Shown here in pieces: positions 16,675-25,071 of a stretch of DNA of 28,696 nt (its first letter is position 1; each line of letters begins with the position of its first letter). A program made the translations under genes and the position numbers. The stretch lies in contig DAOTDH010000001.1 of NCBI GenBank assembly GCA_035453545.1, forward strand, positions 1-28,696, given 5' to 3'. Source of the stretch: Minisyncoccota bacterium (GTDB taxonomy: Bacteria > Patescibacteriota > Minisyncoccia > Phycocordibacterales > XYD1-FULL-46-19). The notes under the pieces are model-generated. The model was not told the DNA's origin and ran no database searches. It saw only the letters and a list, made by a program, of their open reading frames with translations.

Positions 16675-17849
16675 TTAGGATAATTTACATATCGCGAATA
16701 AATCTTTTGTCGGGACGGACCAATGTCTATAATTTGGCAAAAACTTGCGAGGCCTTAAATGACCAAAAGGATTTTAAGGTGACACTCGTTACAACTGACC
16801 AGTCGGGTGACCTGAAGACTTTTTTTAAAAAAATGGGAGTTCATCGTCCTTTTGATATAATTTGCCTTGGGGTGACCAACACGGCTTCACCGTTTAGTGG
16901 TCACGGCTGGTATGAATTTTTAATGCTTTTGTTGGCGAATCTTCGATTGTCTCTCTTTCTTTTGGGACGAATTAGGCAATTTGAAGTTGTCTATTTCCGC
17001 GACGAATCCCTATTCTTTACTGCGATTTTAGCTCGGATATTGCTAGGCAAGGGTGTTTTTTTTGAGATTCACTCGGTTCTTGGCCGTCCCCATCGACAGT
17101 TGATGAATTTGTTAGCGATACGATTCGCGACTGGCGTCATTGCTATCAGCTCTGGGCTTAAGAAATATTACCAGAAAATAAATAACAATATTCTGGTTTC
17201 TTTGTGTAGCGCCGCTGAGGACTCCTGGTTTGATTATTCGAAAGATAAAAAGGTTTGGCGAGAGGAATTAAATCTTCCGAAAGCTAATTTTCTTATTGGT
17301 TATGCGGGAGTAATAGGCGCCAACCCGAACAATGATTATTATGAAATAGACGATATTGTTCGGAGCTTAGCTTCTTTGCCCGAAGAAATAATTTATGTTG
17401 TTGTTGGAGAACTAAATAGTAATGGCACTTGGTTGCGTCAGATTGCCGAAGAACTTGGTGTTTCCCAGCGGTTAATTATCGTCCCTTGGCAAGAGAGAAG
17501 TGAAGTTTCTAGGTATCTCTTGGCTTTCGATCTTATTCTTATACCTAAGCGAAAAAAGGATTTAGTTGGGGATTCCCCAGCTAAAATGTTTCCGGCCCTG
17601 GCCTCTCGACGCCCAATAATTGCTGGTCGGGCCGAATGTATTGAAGAGGTCTTAACTAATAATCAGGATTCCCTTATTGTTGAAACAAATAACCCTGCTG
17701 GTTGGACTAAGGCGATTCTCCAAATTTATAATAGTCAAGAACTTGCCGAGAGACTGGCTCGTCAAGCTGAGGTTACTAAAGGTAAATATACTTGGGAGAA
17801 GCGCGGTCTCAATATCGCTGAATTTATTAAAAAACAATTTAATTTTTAA
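16671..17849 (+). CDS. Glycosyltransferase family 4-like with an altered signature
   Basis: FEIH, GYAG, VPWQERSEV, and DSPAKMFPALASRRP in place of the usual SPLKLFEYMA.G.P. Confidence 0.8.
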   Translation: MIRIIYISRINLLSGRTNVYNLAKTCEALNDQKDFKVTLVTTDQSGDLKTFFKKMGVHRPFDIICLGVTNTASPFSGHGWYEFLMLLLANLRLSLFLLGRIRQFEVVYFRDESLFFTAILARILLGKGVFFEIHSVLGRPHRQLMNLLAIRFATGVIAISSGLKKYYQKINNNILVSLCSAAEDSWFDYSKDKKVWREELNLPKANFLIGYAGVIGANPNNDYYEIDDIVRSLASLPEEIIYVVVGELNSNGTWLRQIAEELGVSQRLIIVPWQERSEVSRYLLAFDLILIPKRKKDLVGDSPAKMFPALASRRPIIAGRAECIEEVLTNNQDSLIVETNNPAGWTKAILQIYNSQELAERLARQAEVTKGKYTWEKRGLNIAEFIKKQFNF

Positions 17850-17857
17850 TTAAATCT

Positions 17858-19009
17858 ATGAACCTTTCTTCTCGAACTAATCGAGTTTGGCTACTTTTAC
17901 GCTGTTTAGGGCGAGCATTTTTTTTGGGAGTGGCTAAAAAAAAGCCGTCTGATACTTCTAAGGTTATTATTGTCCCGACCGGTAAATTAGGCGATGTTGT
18001 TTGCAATACCCCGGTCCTAATGGCGATTCGCAAACATCGGCCAAAAACTCATATTATTGTGGCTGGGGCAACGAAGCTTCATCGTCCGCTTTTGGCTGAC
18101 AGTGGTTTAGTTGACGAATACCTTGATCTGGGGGAAAGGGGAGCTATCAAAAGAATTAAAGAGAGCAGGGCTCAAGTTGCTTTGGTCACAGGCCCCTCTT
18201 TTGAATCTGTGGCTCCTTTGTACCTAGCTGGCGTTTCCCTGATTGTTGCTCCAAAAGTTGTTGGTGGTTATTCTCCCTCCGAAACTAGGCCTTACAAAAT
18301 TCTTCAAAAATTTATTAAAACCTTTCCTTATAAGATGGGAGAGTATGCCCCTCGAGAGCGATTAAAAGTTTTAGAACCACTCAATATTTTTTCTCAGGAT
18401 ACTCAAAAACATTTAGGCTTTTCCGAAACAGCTAACAAAACAATAGAGGAATTTTTTACAATCAATAATATTAATTTAGGAAAAGACTTTATTGTTGGGA
18501 TGTCTCCGTCCGCGGGGAATAAAATAAAGGAATGGCCCACTGATCGTTTTGCCAAGGTCGCCGATTACCTTAGCGAGAAATATAACGCTAAAATTGCGAT
18601 TATTGGGTCTAAAGGGGAGAAAGCTAAAGTTGAAGAATTCATTAGCTACCTAGACAAAAAAACAATTTTTGTAAACGCTGTCGGCGCTTTCAATCTCGAT
18701 GAGTTAAAAGCCTTTATGTCAAAATTTAATTTATTTATTAGCGTTGATACTGGACCGATTTATATTGCGGAATCATTTAGTATTCCTACTATTGACATTA
18801 CCGGTCCGATTGATGAGAAAGAACAGCCACCTCAGGGGCTATCCCACCGAAATGTTGTCCCTCCAGAACGGTCTCGCCCAGAACTTTTTGTCCTTAACGC
18901 TAGGTCTTATAACCGGGAAGAGGCCTTACGCCAATTGCACTCAATCAGTGTTCCCCTCGTGACTAAGGAGGTTGACTTGCTTATTTCCGACTTAAATAAG
19001 AAATCTTAA
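17858..19009 (+). CDS. Glycosyltransferase family 9 (heptosyltransferase-like), paralog 2
   Basis: GKLGDVVCNTP, SPSAGNKIKEWPTDRF, LDELKAFM, VDTGPIYIAES. Clearly homologous to 10825..11961. Confidence 0.88.
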   Translation: MNLSSRTNRVWLLLRCLGRAFFLGVAKKKPSDTSKVIIVPTGKLGDVVCNTPVLMAIRKHRPKTHIIVAGATKLHRPLLADSGLVDEYLDLGERGAIKRIKESRAQVALVTGPSFESVAPLYLAGVSLIVAPKVVGGYSPSETRPYKILQKFIKTFPYKMGEYAPRERLKVLEPLNIFSQDTQKHLGFSETANKTIEEFFTINNINLGKDFIVGMSPSAGNKIKEWPTDRFAKVADYLSEKYNAKIAIIGSKGEKAKVEEFISYLDKKTIFVNAVGAFNLDELKAFMSKFNLFISVDTGPIYIAESFSIPTIDITGPIDEKEQPPQGLSHRNVVPPERSRPELFVLNARSYNREEALRQLHSISVPLVTKEVDLLISDLNKKS

Positions 19010-19060
19010 TAAATATAGACAAAGTCAATTTTGACCAGAGAGGAGATCCTTAATTTTTGG

Positions 19061-19089
19061 TTGTATCAGAGCGATTAATTTGTTAGTAT
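19061..19089 (+). promoter_or_regulatory. Candidate sigma70 promoter for hldD
   Basis: TTGTAT (19061-19066), 17 bp spacer, TGt-TAGTAT (19081-19089). It overlaps the ORF-track start at 19088, which supports the ATG at 19109. Confidence 0.55.
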
Positions 19090-19108
19090 GAGGAAACGCT
19101 TAATTTAT

Positions 19109-20086
19109 ATGGATAAGAAAATAGTTGTAACAGGGGCCGCGGGTTTTATTGGCAGTGCTATGGTCTCGAAGCTTAATGAACTTGGGTACGGTAATTTAAT
19201 TGTCGTTGACGATTTCACTGATTTGGAGAAAAATAAGAATCTCGAAGAGAAAAAATATTTAGCTAAAATTAGTATCTTTGACTTTCCGAAATGGTTAGCG
19301 GATAACGGAGAACAGGTTTCTTTCATCTTCCATATTGGCGGTAACAGTAGTACAGTAGAAGATCGCCAAGAAGTTTTTGATAAATATAACACTGACTATT
19401 CAAAGAATTTGTGGCAAGAAAGTGTTCGTTCACGAATCCCGATTATTTTTACTTCTTCGGCTGCGACTTACGGTAACGGGAGGCTTGGTTATGTTGATGA
19501 TCATGATCTCGTTCCCAAGTTAGCTCCTCTTAATCTTTACGGTTGGTCAAAACATAATTTTGACTGTTGGGCTTTAAAGCAGGAGGAGACCCCACCTTTT
19601 TGGGTTTGCCTAAAACCGTTCAATGTCTTTGGCCCGAATGAATACCATAAGGGACGGATGGCTTCAATGGTTTGGCATTCTTACCAACAAATAAAAAAAG
19701 ACGGGAAGGTCAAATTATTTCGTTCTTTTACTCCCGACTATGGTGATGGCCAGCATTCACGAGATTTTATTTATATAAAAGACTTGTTGGAAATATATCT
19801 TTTCTTTTTTAATAATCAAACTAATTTTTCTGGTATCTATAATGCCGGCAGTGGCCACGCACGGTCGTTCTTGGATTTGGTTGGGGCCGTCTTTAAGAGT
19901 TTGGGACTAGAACCGAATATTGAATTTGTTGATATCCCCGAGGACATCAGGGAGAAGTATCAGTGCTTTACCGAAGCTGATATGTCTAAACTAAGGCGAG
20001 CTGGTTTTAAAGGGGAACTGAAACAACTAGAAGACAATGTGGCTGATTATGTTAAGAATTATTTGGAAGTTCAAAAATATTATTAA
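19109..20086 (+). CDS. hldD: ADP-L-glycero-D-manno-heptose 6-epimerase
   Basis: MDKKIVVTGAAGFIGS, SSAATYG, PLNLYGWSK, FNVFGPNEYHKGRMASMV, RDFIYIKD, YQCFTEADMSKLRRAG. Confidence 0.92.
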   Translation: MDKKIVVTGAAGFIGSAMVSKLNELGYGNLIVVDDFTDLEKNKNLEEKKYLAKISIFDFPKWLADNGEQVSFIFHIGGNSSTVEDRQEVFDKYNTDYSKNLWQESVRSRIPIIFTSSAATYGNGRLGYVDDHDLVPKLAPLNLYGWSKHNFDCWALKQEETPPFWVCLKPFNVFGPNEYHKGRMASMVWHSYQQIKKDGKVKLFRSFTPDYGDGQHSRDFIYIKDLLEIYLFFFNNQTNFSGIYNAGSGHARSFLDLVGAVFKSLGLEPNIEFVDIPEDIREKYQCFTEADMSKLRRAGFKGELKQLEDNVADYVKNYLEVQKYY

Positions 20087-20098
20087 ATATTAATTCCT

Positions 20099-21010
20099 AT
20101 GATGAAGAAATCGCCTAGAAATTGTATTATTTGTGGGGGGAAAGGCATTCTTGATATATGGAATGGTTTAGACGTTCTTGTTTGCCGTTGGTGTGGTTTA
20201 GCTTGGAGATCGTCATTTAACTTGACCATGGATTATTACGTTAATCTTAATTTTGGGGAATTAGATTTAAGTGAAGCAAAAGCTTCCTCTCGGATCAGAA
20301 ACTCGAGAGATAGACTTTCTTTGCTTAAAAGATTTCTTCCCACTTCTAATATTTGTGATGTTGGATGTGGAGATGGGTCATTTTTGGTCGCACTTAGAGA
20401 TATGGGCTATAAACATTGTTGGGGGATTGAGCCGAGTACTTTTGGACGAGACCTTGCTTTTAAAAGGCAACTCGATGTTATCAAAGGAGATATTTTTGAA
20501 TTAAGGAAATTAAATACAAGTAGAAAGATTGAAGCAATTACTCTTTTTCATGTTATTGAACATTTGTCAGACCCTATCGAAGCTTTAAAAATTTTAGGGA
20601 AAACCTTGAGCCATGGCGGGATTTTAGTTATTGAGACTCCAGATTTGGAGGCTTCTATCCAAAAAGTAACAGATCACTGTAACCCACTTGTGTGTGACGA
20701 GCATTTATTTTATTGGAGTAAAAAAAGTTTGCATGCAATTATCTCACGGGCTGGATTTAAAATTTTACTGGTGGCCCATCGTTCTTTTGATTGGAAGAAT
20801 TCTTCTATTAAATGCTCTTTGGCGAGGCTCGGTCTTTTTTATTCCACCAGTAGAAAAGAAGTTCCTTATTCTTTTTTATCAGATGAACTGGGTGGAATGA
20901 AGGTCATAAGGACAAATTTCTTGCGTAAATGTTTGAGGACATTTCTTGCTTATTTTGTTCATATTGTTGGAAGAGATGATTATCTCATCGTTGTCGCTGA
21001 GAGGTTATGA
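20099..21010 (+). CDS. Class I SAM-dependent methyltransferase with an N-terminal CxxC...CxxC zinc ribbon
   Basis: CIICG, CRWCG, ICDVGCGDGSFL, GIEPS, FHVIEHLSDP, GGILVIETP, EHLFYW. Confidence 0.9.
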   Translation: MMKKSPRNCIICGGKGILDIWNGLDVLVCRWCGLAWRSSFNLTMDYYVNLNFGELDLSEAKASSRIRNSRDRLSLLKRFLPTSNICDVGCGDGSFLVALRDMGYKHCWGIEPSTFGRDLAFKRQLDVIKGDIFELRKLNTSRKIEAITLFHVIEHLSDPIEALKILGKTLSHGGILVIETPDLEASIQKVTDHCNPLVCDEHLFYWSKKSLHAIISRAGFKILLVAHRSFDWKNSSIKCSLARLGLFYSTSRKEVPYSFLSDELGGMKVIRTNFLRKCLRTFLAYFVHIVGRDDYLIVVAERL

Positions 21011-21270
21011 TATATTTCAAAATAAAACAAATGGAATCAATTAAAAAATTAGGAATTTGTGTGTCTAATATGCCCATAGGGCGTCTTTTCTTGAACAAAA
21101 AATTTGCTCATTACACTTGGGTCGGGATTTTTATTTCACTTCTCAATGTCTTTCTTCTCTGGCTTTTTATTGATATTCTTGGTATACCGACTGTAATTTC
21201 TAGCTTAATTGTCGTGGCTGGGACTTTCATTTTACGTTATGTTCTTTTTGATTTTTTTAAGATTTTATGA
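21007..21270 (+). CDS. Short GtrA-like membrane protein
   Basis: KFAHYTWVGIFISLLNVFLLWLFIDILGI...FILRYVL resembles the GtrA N-terminal half and lies directly upstream of a GT2. The start could be 21007, 21030 or 21069. Confidence 0.65.
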   Translation: MIYFKIKQMESIKKLGICVSNMPIGRLFLNKKFAHYTWVGIFISLLNVFLLWLFIDILGIPTVISSLIVVAGTFILRYVLFDFFKIL

Positions 21271-21288
21271 TTGAATATATAAATATAT

Positions 21289-22212
21289 ATGATTTCTATT
21301 ATTATACCCGTATTCAATGAGGAAGAAAGTGTTGCTACTCTTCATCTTGAAATTACCACCGTCTTGAATAGTTTAAACGTTCCTTTTGAGGTCATTTTTA
21401 TAGATGATGGCTCGACCGACGAGACCGTCTTGGAGGTAAGAAAACTAGAGCCAGTTCACCTTATCGTTTTTACCCGCAATTTTGGTAAGTCTCAAGCTCT
21501 TCAGGCTGGGTTTCGTGTAGCCAAAGGGGATTATATCTTTACTATGGACGGTGATCTCCAAGATGACCCAAAAGAAATACCTAACTTCTTAGAAAAAATT
21601 GAGAAAGATAGGGCAGACTTAGTCTGTGGTTGGAAGAGACGCCGGCTCGATAGTTTGGCTAAGCGCCTGGTTTCTAAGGTTGCCAATGGTTTAACAGGAT
21701 TTTTTACTGGGACTAGGGTCCACGATATGAATTGTGGTTTTAAACTTTACCGAAGGGAGGTTGCCAAGTCTCTTAGCTTGTATGGCGATATGCATCGTTA
21801 TATTCCAGCCTTAGTAGCAACTCAAGGCTTTAAAATCTCTGAATTAGCCGTCAATCACCGAGAGAGGAAGTTTGGGGTTTCTAAGTATGGTAATTTTCGG
21901 CGCTTTTCTAAGAGTTTTTTTGATTTTGTGACGCTTTTGCTCATCCGTCGTTTCATGGATAGACCGATGCATTTCTTTGGTGTTATTGGCACAATCTTTT
22001 CGCTTTTTGGTTTTCTTGTTCTTGCTTATCTAAGTTTTATAAAGATTTTTAGCGGAATTATGATCGGGAATCGCCCAGTCCTTATGCTTGGTGTCCTATT
22101 GGTTGTTATTGGGATTCAACTTTTCTCTTCTGGCTTCTTGGGTGAATTGCTGATACGCCAGAATAACAAACAGTCTTTATATACTATTCGTGAAGAAGTC
22201 AATAAATCATGA
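21289..22212 (+). CDS. Polyprenol-phosphate glycosyltransferase, family 2 (GtrB/ArnC/Dpm1-like)
   Basis: ISIIIPVFNEEE, IDDGSTD, RNFGKSQAL, MDGDLQDDP, HDMNCGFK, R.FGVSKYG, and two C-terminal membrane helices. Confidence 0.92.
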   Translation: MISIIIPVFNEEESVATLHLEITTVLNSLNVPFEVIFIDDGSTDETVLEVRKLEPVHLIVFTRNFGKSQALQAGFRVAKGDYIFTMDGDLQDDPKEIPNFLEKIEKDRADLVCGWKRRRLDSLAKRLVSKVANGLTGFFTGTRVHDMNCGFKLYRREVAKSLSLYGDMHRYIPALVATQGFKISELAVNHRERKFGVSKYGNFRRFSKSFFDFVTLLLIRRFMDRPMHFFGVIGTIFSLFGFLVLAYLSFIKIFSGIMIGNRPVLMLGVLLVVIGIQLFSSGFLGELLIRQNNKQSLYTIREEVNKS

Positions 22213-23534
22213 CAGATTTTCTTAATCTAACCAGGGGGAGAAAAAGCGTTCGCAGTTTTTCTGACCAGACTGTTTCTCGTGAATTAATTGAAAGAATTAT
22301 TATGGTCGCGACTTACGCTCCAACAGCTTGCAATCAGCAACTTTGGAACTTTACCGTTGTCACTGAGAAGGAGACAAAAGAACAATTAATAAGAGAAGCT
22401 TCGTCAAGTACTATTATAAGGAAGGCCCCTGTTATAGTTGTTGTTTCTTATGATGGTTGGAATTATAAAGAGGCTATTCAGAACAGCTCTTTGGCGGTGG
22501 GTTACATTTTACTTGCCGCTAGTAATTATGGTCTCGGTTCTTTACCCGTGAACAGTTATGGATCTGATTCAAAGATAAAAAAAATATTAAAGATTCCATT
22601 AACACAAACTATTTGCTGTTTCGTTCTTCTTGGTTACCCTGATGGAAAATCTCAAATCTCTCCTCTTGTTCCTCGTCGTGACCTTTCTGAAGTTTTTCAT
22701 TGGGGACAATTTACCCCAGCGCAAGAAATATCTTATGACTATAACCCAGAAAAATGGACGATCGAATCTCTAGTTCTTCATCAGAAACGTTATTGTCGTA
22801 AAACGTTCTTGGGGAAAGAGATGGATATAATGTCTGAATTTGAACGATGCTTAGTTTCGCGAGAATTATTGAGTGCTAGCGGTCCAATTTTAGATTTTTT
22901 TTGTTATGACGGAGCTTATTTGCGAGAATTTCCTTCCACCATAGATTTGACAGTTGTCGATCTTTGTCAGGAAACTAGCGAATACACTATGGCGGCAGCT
23001 AGTTTTATTGGGAAAAATATTAGTTCTCTCGTTTTTAATAACGATACTGGTATTGATTTTGTTTTTGCGACAAGCACAATATTGTTTAAATTAGAGAGAC
23101 TTCCTAAAGTCTTGCGTCAGTGGGTTTACCAACAAGCAACGGGAGAGTTTATTATTGTTGCTAGAAAAAGTAATATATTTCTGTCTATCTTTTTCCTTGC
23201 TTTAAAAGTTATTTTTGGCCCTGACATTCGACGGACAGGAATCTTCTCTTTTTTTGGCCCCTATCAACCAATTTCTCTCTCTGTGATTATTAAAGAACTT
23301 AAAATGGCTGGGTTTAAGGATATAAAATGGAGTGGTTACTTTATATTACCTCCCTTATTTGAACAGATTTATCAGATGTTTCTTCAGCACAGAGCTAGTG
23401 AAGGATCAAGTTATTTGCATCGTGACAAGCGTGTTAATTTTGTGAGTAGGTTGATCGCCCACATTCTTCGTTTACAGGGCTTGAGAAATTTCGGTCGTTT
23501 CGGTTCTGTTGTTGTTATAAAATGTCACAAATAA
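22209..23534 (+). CDS. Nitroreductase-family domain fused to a degenerate SAM-methyltransferase-like domain
   Basis: N-terminal RKSVRSF, APTACNQQLWNF and YGLGS...LLGYP. C-terminal ILDFFCYDG followed by LTVVD, a motif I/II-like pattern. Confidence 0.72.
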   Translation: MTDFLNLTRGRKSVRSFSDQTVSRELIERIIMVATYAPTACNQQLWNFTVVTEKETKEQLIREASSSTIIRKAPVIVVVSYDGWNYKEAIQNSSLAVGYILLAASNYGLGSLPVNSYGSDSKIKKILKIPLTQTICCFVLLGYPDGKSQISPLVPRRDLSEVFHWGQFTPAQEISYDYNPEKWTIESLVLHQKRYCRKTFLGKEMDIMSEFERCLVSRELLSASGPILDFFCYDGAYLREFPSTIDLTVVDLCQETSEYTMAAASFIGKNISSLVFNNDTGIDFVFATSTILFKLERLPKVLRQWVYQQATGEFIIVARKSNIFLSIFFLALKVIFGPDIRRTGIFSFFGPYQPISLSVIIKELKMAGFKDIKWSGYFILPPLFEQIYQMFLQHRASEGSSYLHRDKRVNFVSRLIAHILRLQGLRNFGRFGSVVVIKCHK

Positions 23535-25069
23535 AAACAAATAAATTTCTTGAGATCGCATTGGAACAAATCCCTAGGCTTCTGGGGCAACTTAATCGTA
23601 ACCCGTCTTCAATATCTTATGGTTCTTTTGACCGTGCTTTTTGGCATTATCGTACGAACGATATCAGTTGTGTCCGTTATCAGGAAGCGACATTGACCCT
23701 TGCTCTTTTGTATTGCCATAATTTTGAAGGAAATAATTATTATCAGGATAAAAAAGTTTTTGAGTGGATACGTGCTTCACTCCTTTTCACTGTTAGACTT
23801 CAAAGGAGAAATGGTTCTTTTGATGAATGGTACATAAATGAAGGTTCTTATGTTGCAACAGCCTTTCAGGTGGTTGCTTTAAGTCAGGCCATAATACTGT
23901 TTAGAGAAAAAGGAGTTGTTTTGCCAGAAGAGGCGGTGGTTCTTACCTGTTTGGAGAAAGCTATTCAGTTTTTAATTAAAAACAAAGAAGAGACAGTGAT
24001 GAACCAAGTATCTGGGGCGATTTTGGCTATTGCCTCAGTTGGGTATCTCTGCCAAAGAAAAGACCTCATTATCTTTGCCGATAACCTCCTGGATGATTTT
24101 ATTACCAAACAGAATTTTGAAGGTTGGTGGAGCGAATATGGTGGCCCGGATATTGGTTATTTAACGCTAACTATTAACTACTTGGAAAAATATCAGACTT
24201 TGACTGGTTCGCAAAAAGTCACCCCAGTAATTTCTAAGGCTAAAGATTTTGTCTTGGCTTTTATTAACCCAGACTTGACGGCGGGCGGTGAGTACATGTC
24301 TAGAAATACTGAATACATAATCCCTTCTGCCGCCTTACCTTATTTAGGAGCGCTTAAACCTCTTCATTTAGATGACCGTTATTTATGTTACATACTCTAT
24401 AATTGGATTGAAGCGGGCTTAAAAATTTTGCCACAGGATTTTGAATTACATAAAGGTAATAATTTTTATAGGAATAGTCGCCTTTTGCGCGTGGCTAGTG
24501 AGTCTTATTTTCTGGTCGTCAATGGTGATAAAGGCGGGTCATTTCGTTTGTATTCAAATGGTAAGGTCTATTATGACAGCGGGTTAGAGATTTCTTCTCG
24601 TCTTGGCCGCTTTTCAACTGGTATTTTGGATAAAAATAATAAAGTTTTATTTGGGCATGGCGAATTTTTGGCGAGTGGCTCAGTCAAGGTGATAAGGGAA
24701 CCACTCATGAAAACTCTAACTACTATTGTTTTTAAGTTCTGGCAGTTTTTTTTGGGCCGCGTTTCTTTTTTCCAGAAATTAGTGAAAGATTTTCTACGTC
24801 CTCGGATGATTAATTACTCCAGTCGCTCCAGTTTAACTTTTGAGCGGAAATTTAAGTATAGTAAAGACGAAATTATCGTTACGGATATTATTTACGGGGG
24901 GGCTAAAAATGATATAAAGTTCGGAGTAAAGGCTTCCTATAGTGCTGTTCCAAGCTCAAAATATGCGGCGGTTCCAGAAAATGACAGTTTGCGTCTACAC
25001 CCGGATTTTGAAGAAAAGGAAGAAAATGAGTTATATCTTATAAAGCGTATTTTTCATTTTGGTATCTGA
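23522..25069 (+). CDS. Uncharacterised protein with a predicted alpha/alpha toroid and a C-terminal beta-rich domain
   Basis: Helical repeats ending in QRRNGSFDEW and QNFEGWWSEY resemble prenyltransferase/QW-type repeats. N-terminal GSFDRAFWHYR. 13 nt overlap with the upstream gene. Confidence 0.6.
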   Translation: MSQIKTNKFLEIALEQIPRLLGQLNRNPSSISYGSFDRAFWHYRTNDISCVRYQEATLTLALLYCHNFEGNNYYQDKKVFEWIRASLLFTVRLQRRNGSFDEWYINEGSYVATAFQVVALSQAIILFREKGVVLPEEAVVLTCLEKAIQFLIKNKEETVMNQVSGAILAIASVGYLCQRKDLIIFADNLLDDFITKQNFEGWWSEYGGPDIGYLTLTINYLEKYQTLTGSQKVTPVISKAKDFVLAFINPDLTAGGEYMSRNTEYIIPSAALPYLGALKPLHLDDRYLCYILYNWIEAGLKILPQDFELHKGNNFYRNSRLLRVASESYFLVVNGDKGGSFRLYSNGKVYYDSGLEISSRLGRFSTGILDKNNKVLFGHGEFLASGSVKVIREPLMKTLTTIVFKFWQFFLGRVSFFQKLVKDFLRPRMINYSSRSSLTFERKFKYSKDEIIVTDIIYGGAKNDIKFGVKASYSAVPSSKYAAVPENDSLRLHPDFEEKEENELYLIKRIFHFGI

Positions 25070-25071
25070 TT

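Noticed and set aside
19024-19035. gtcaa-tt-ttgac inverted repeat upstream of hldD as an operator
   Set aside because: The arms are only 5 bp in AT-rich DNA, there is no second copy and no regulator lies nearby, so it is compatible with chance.
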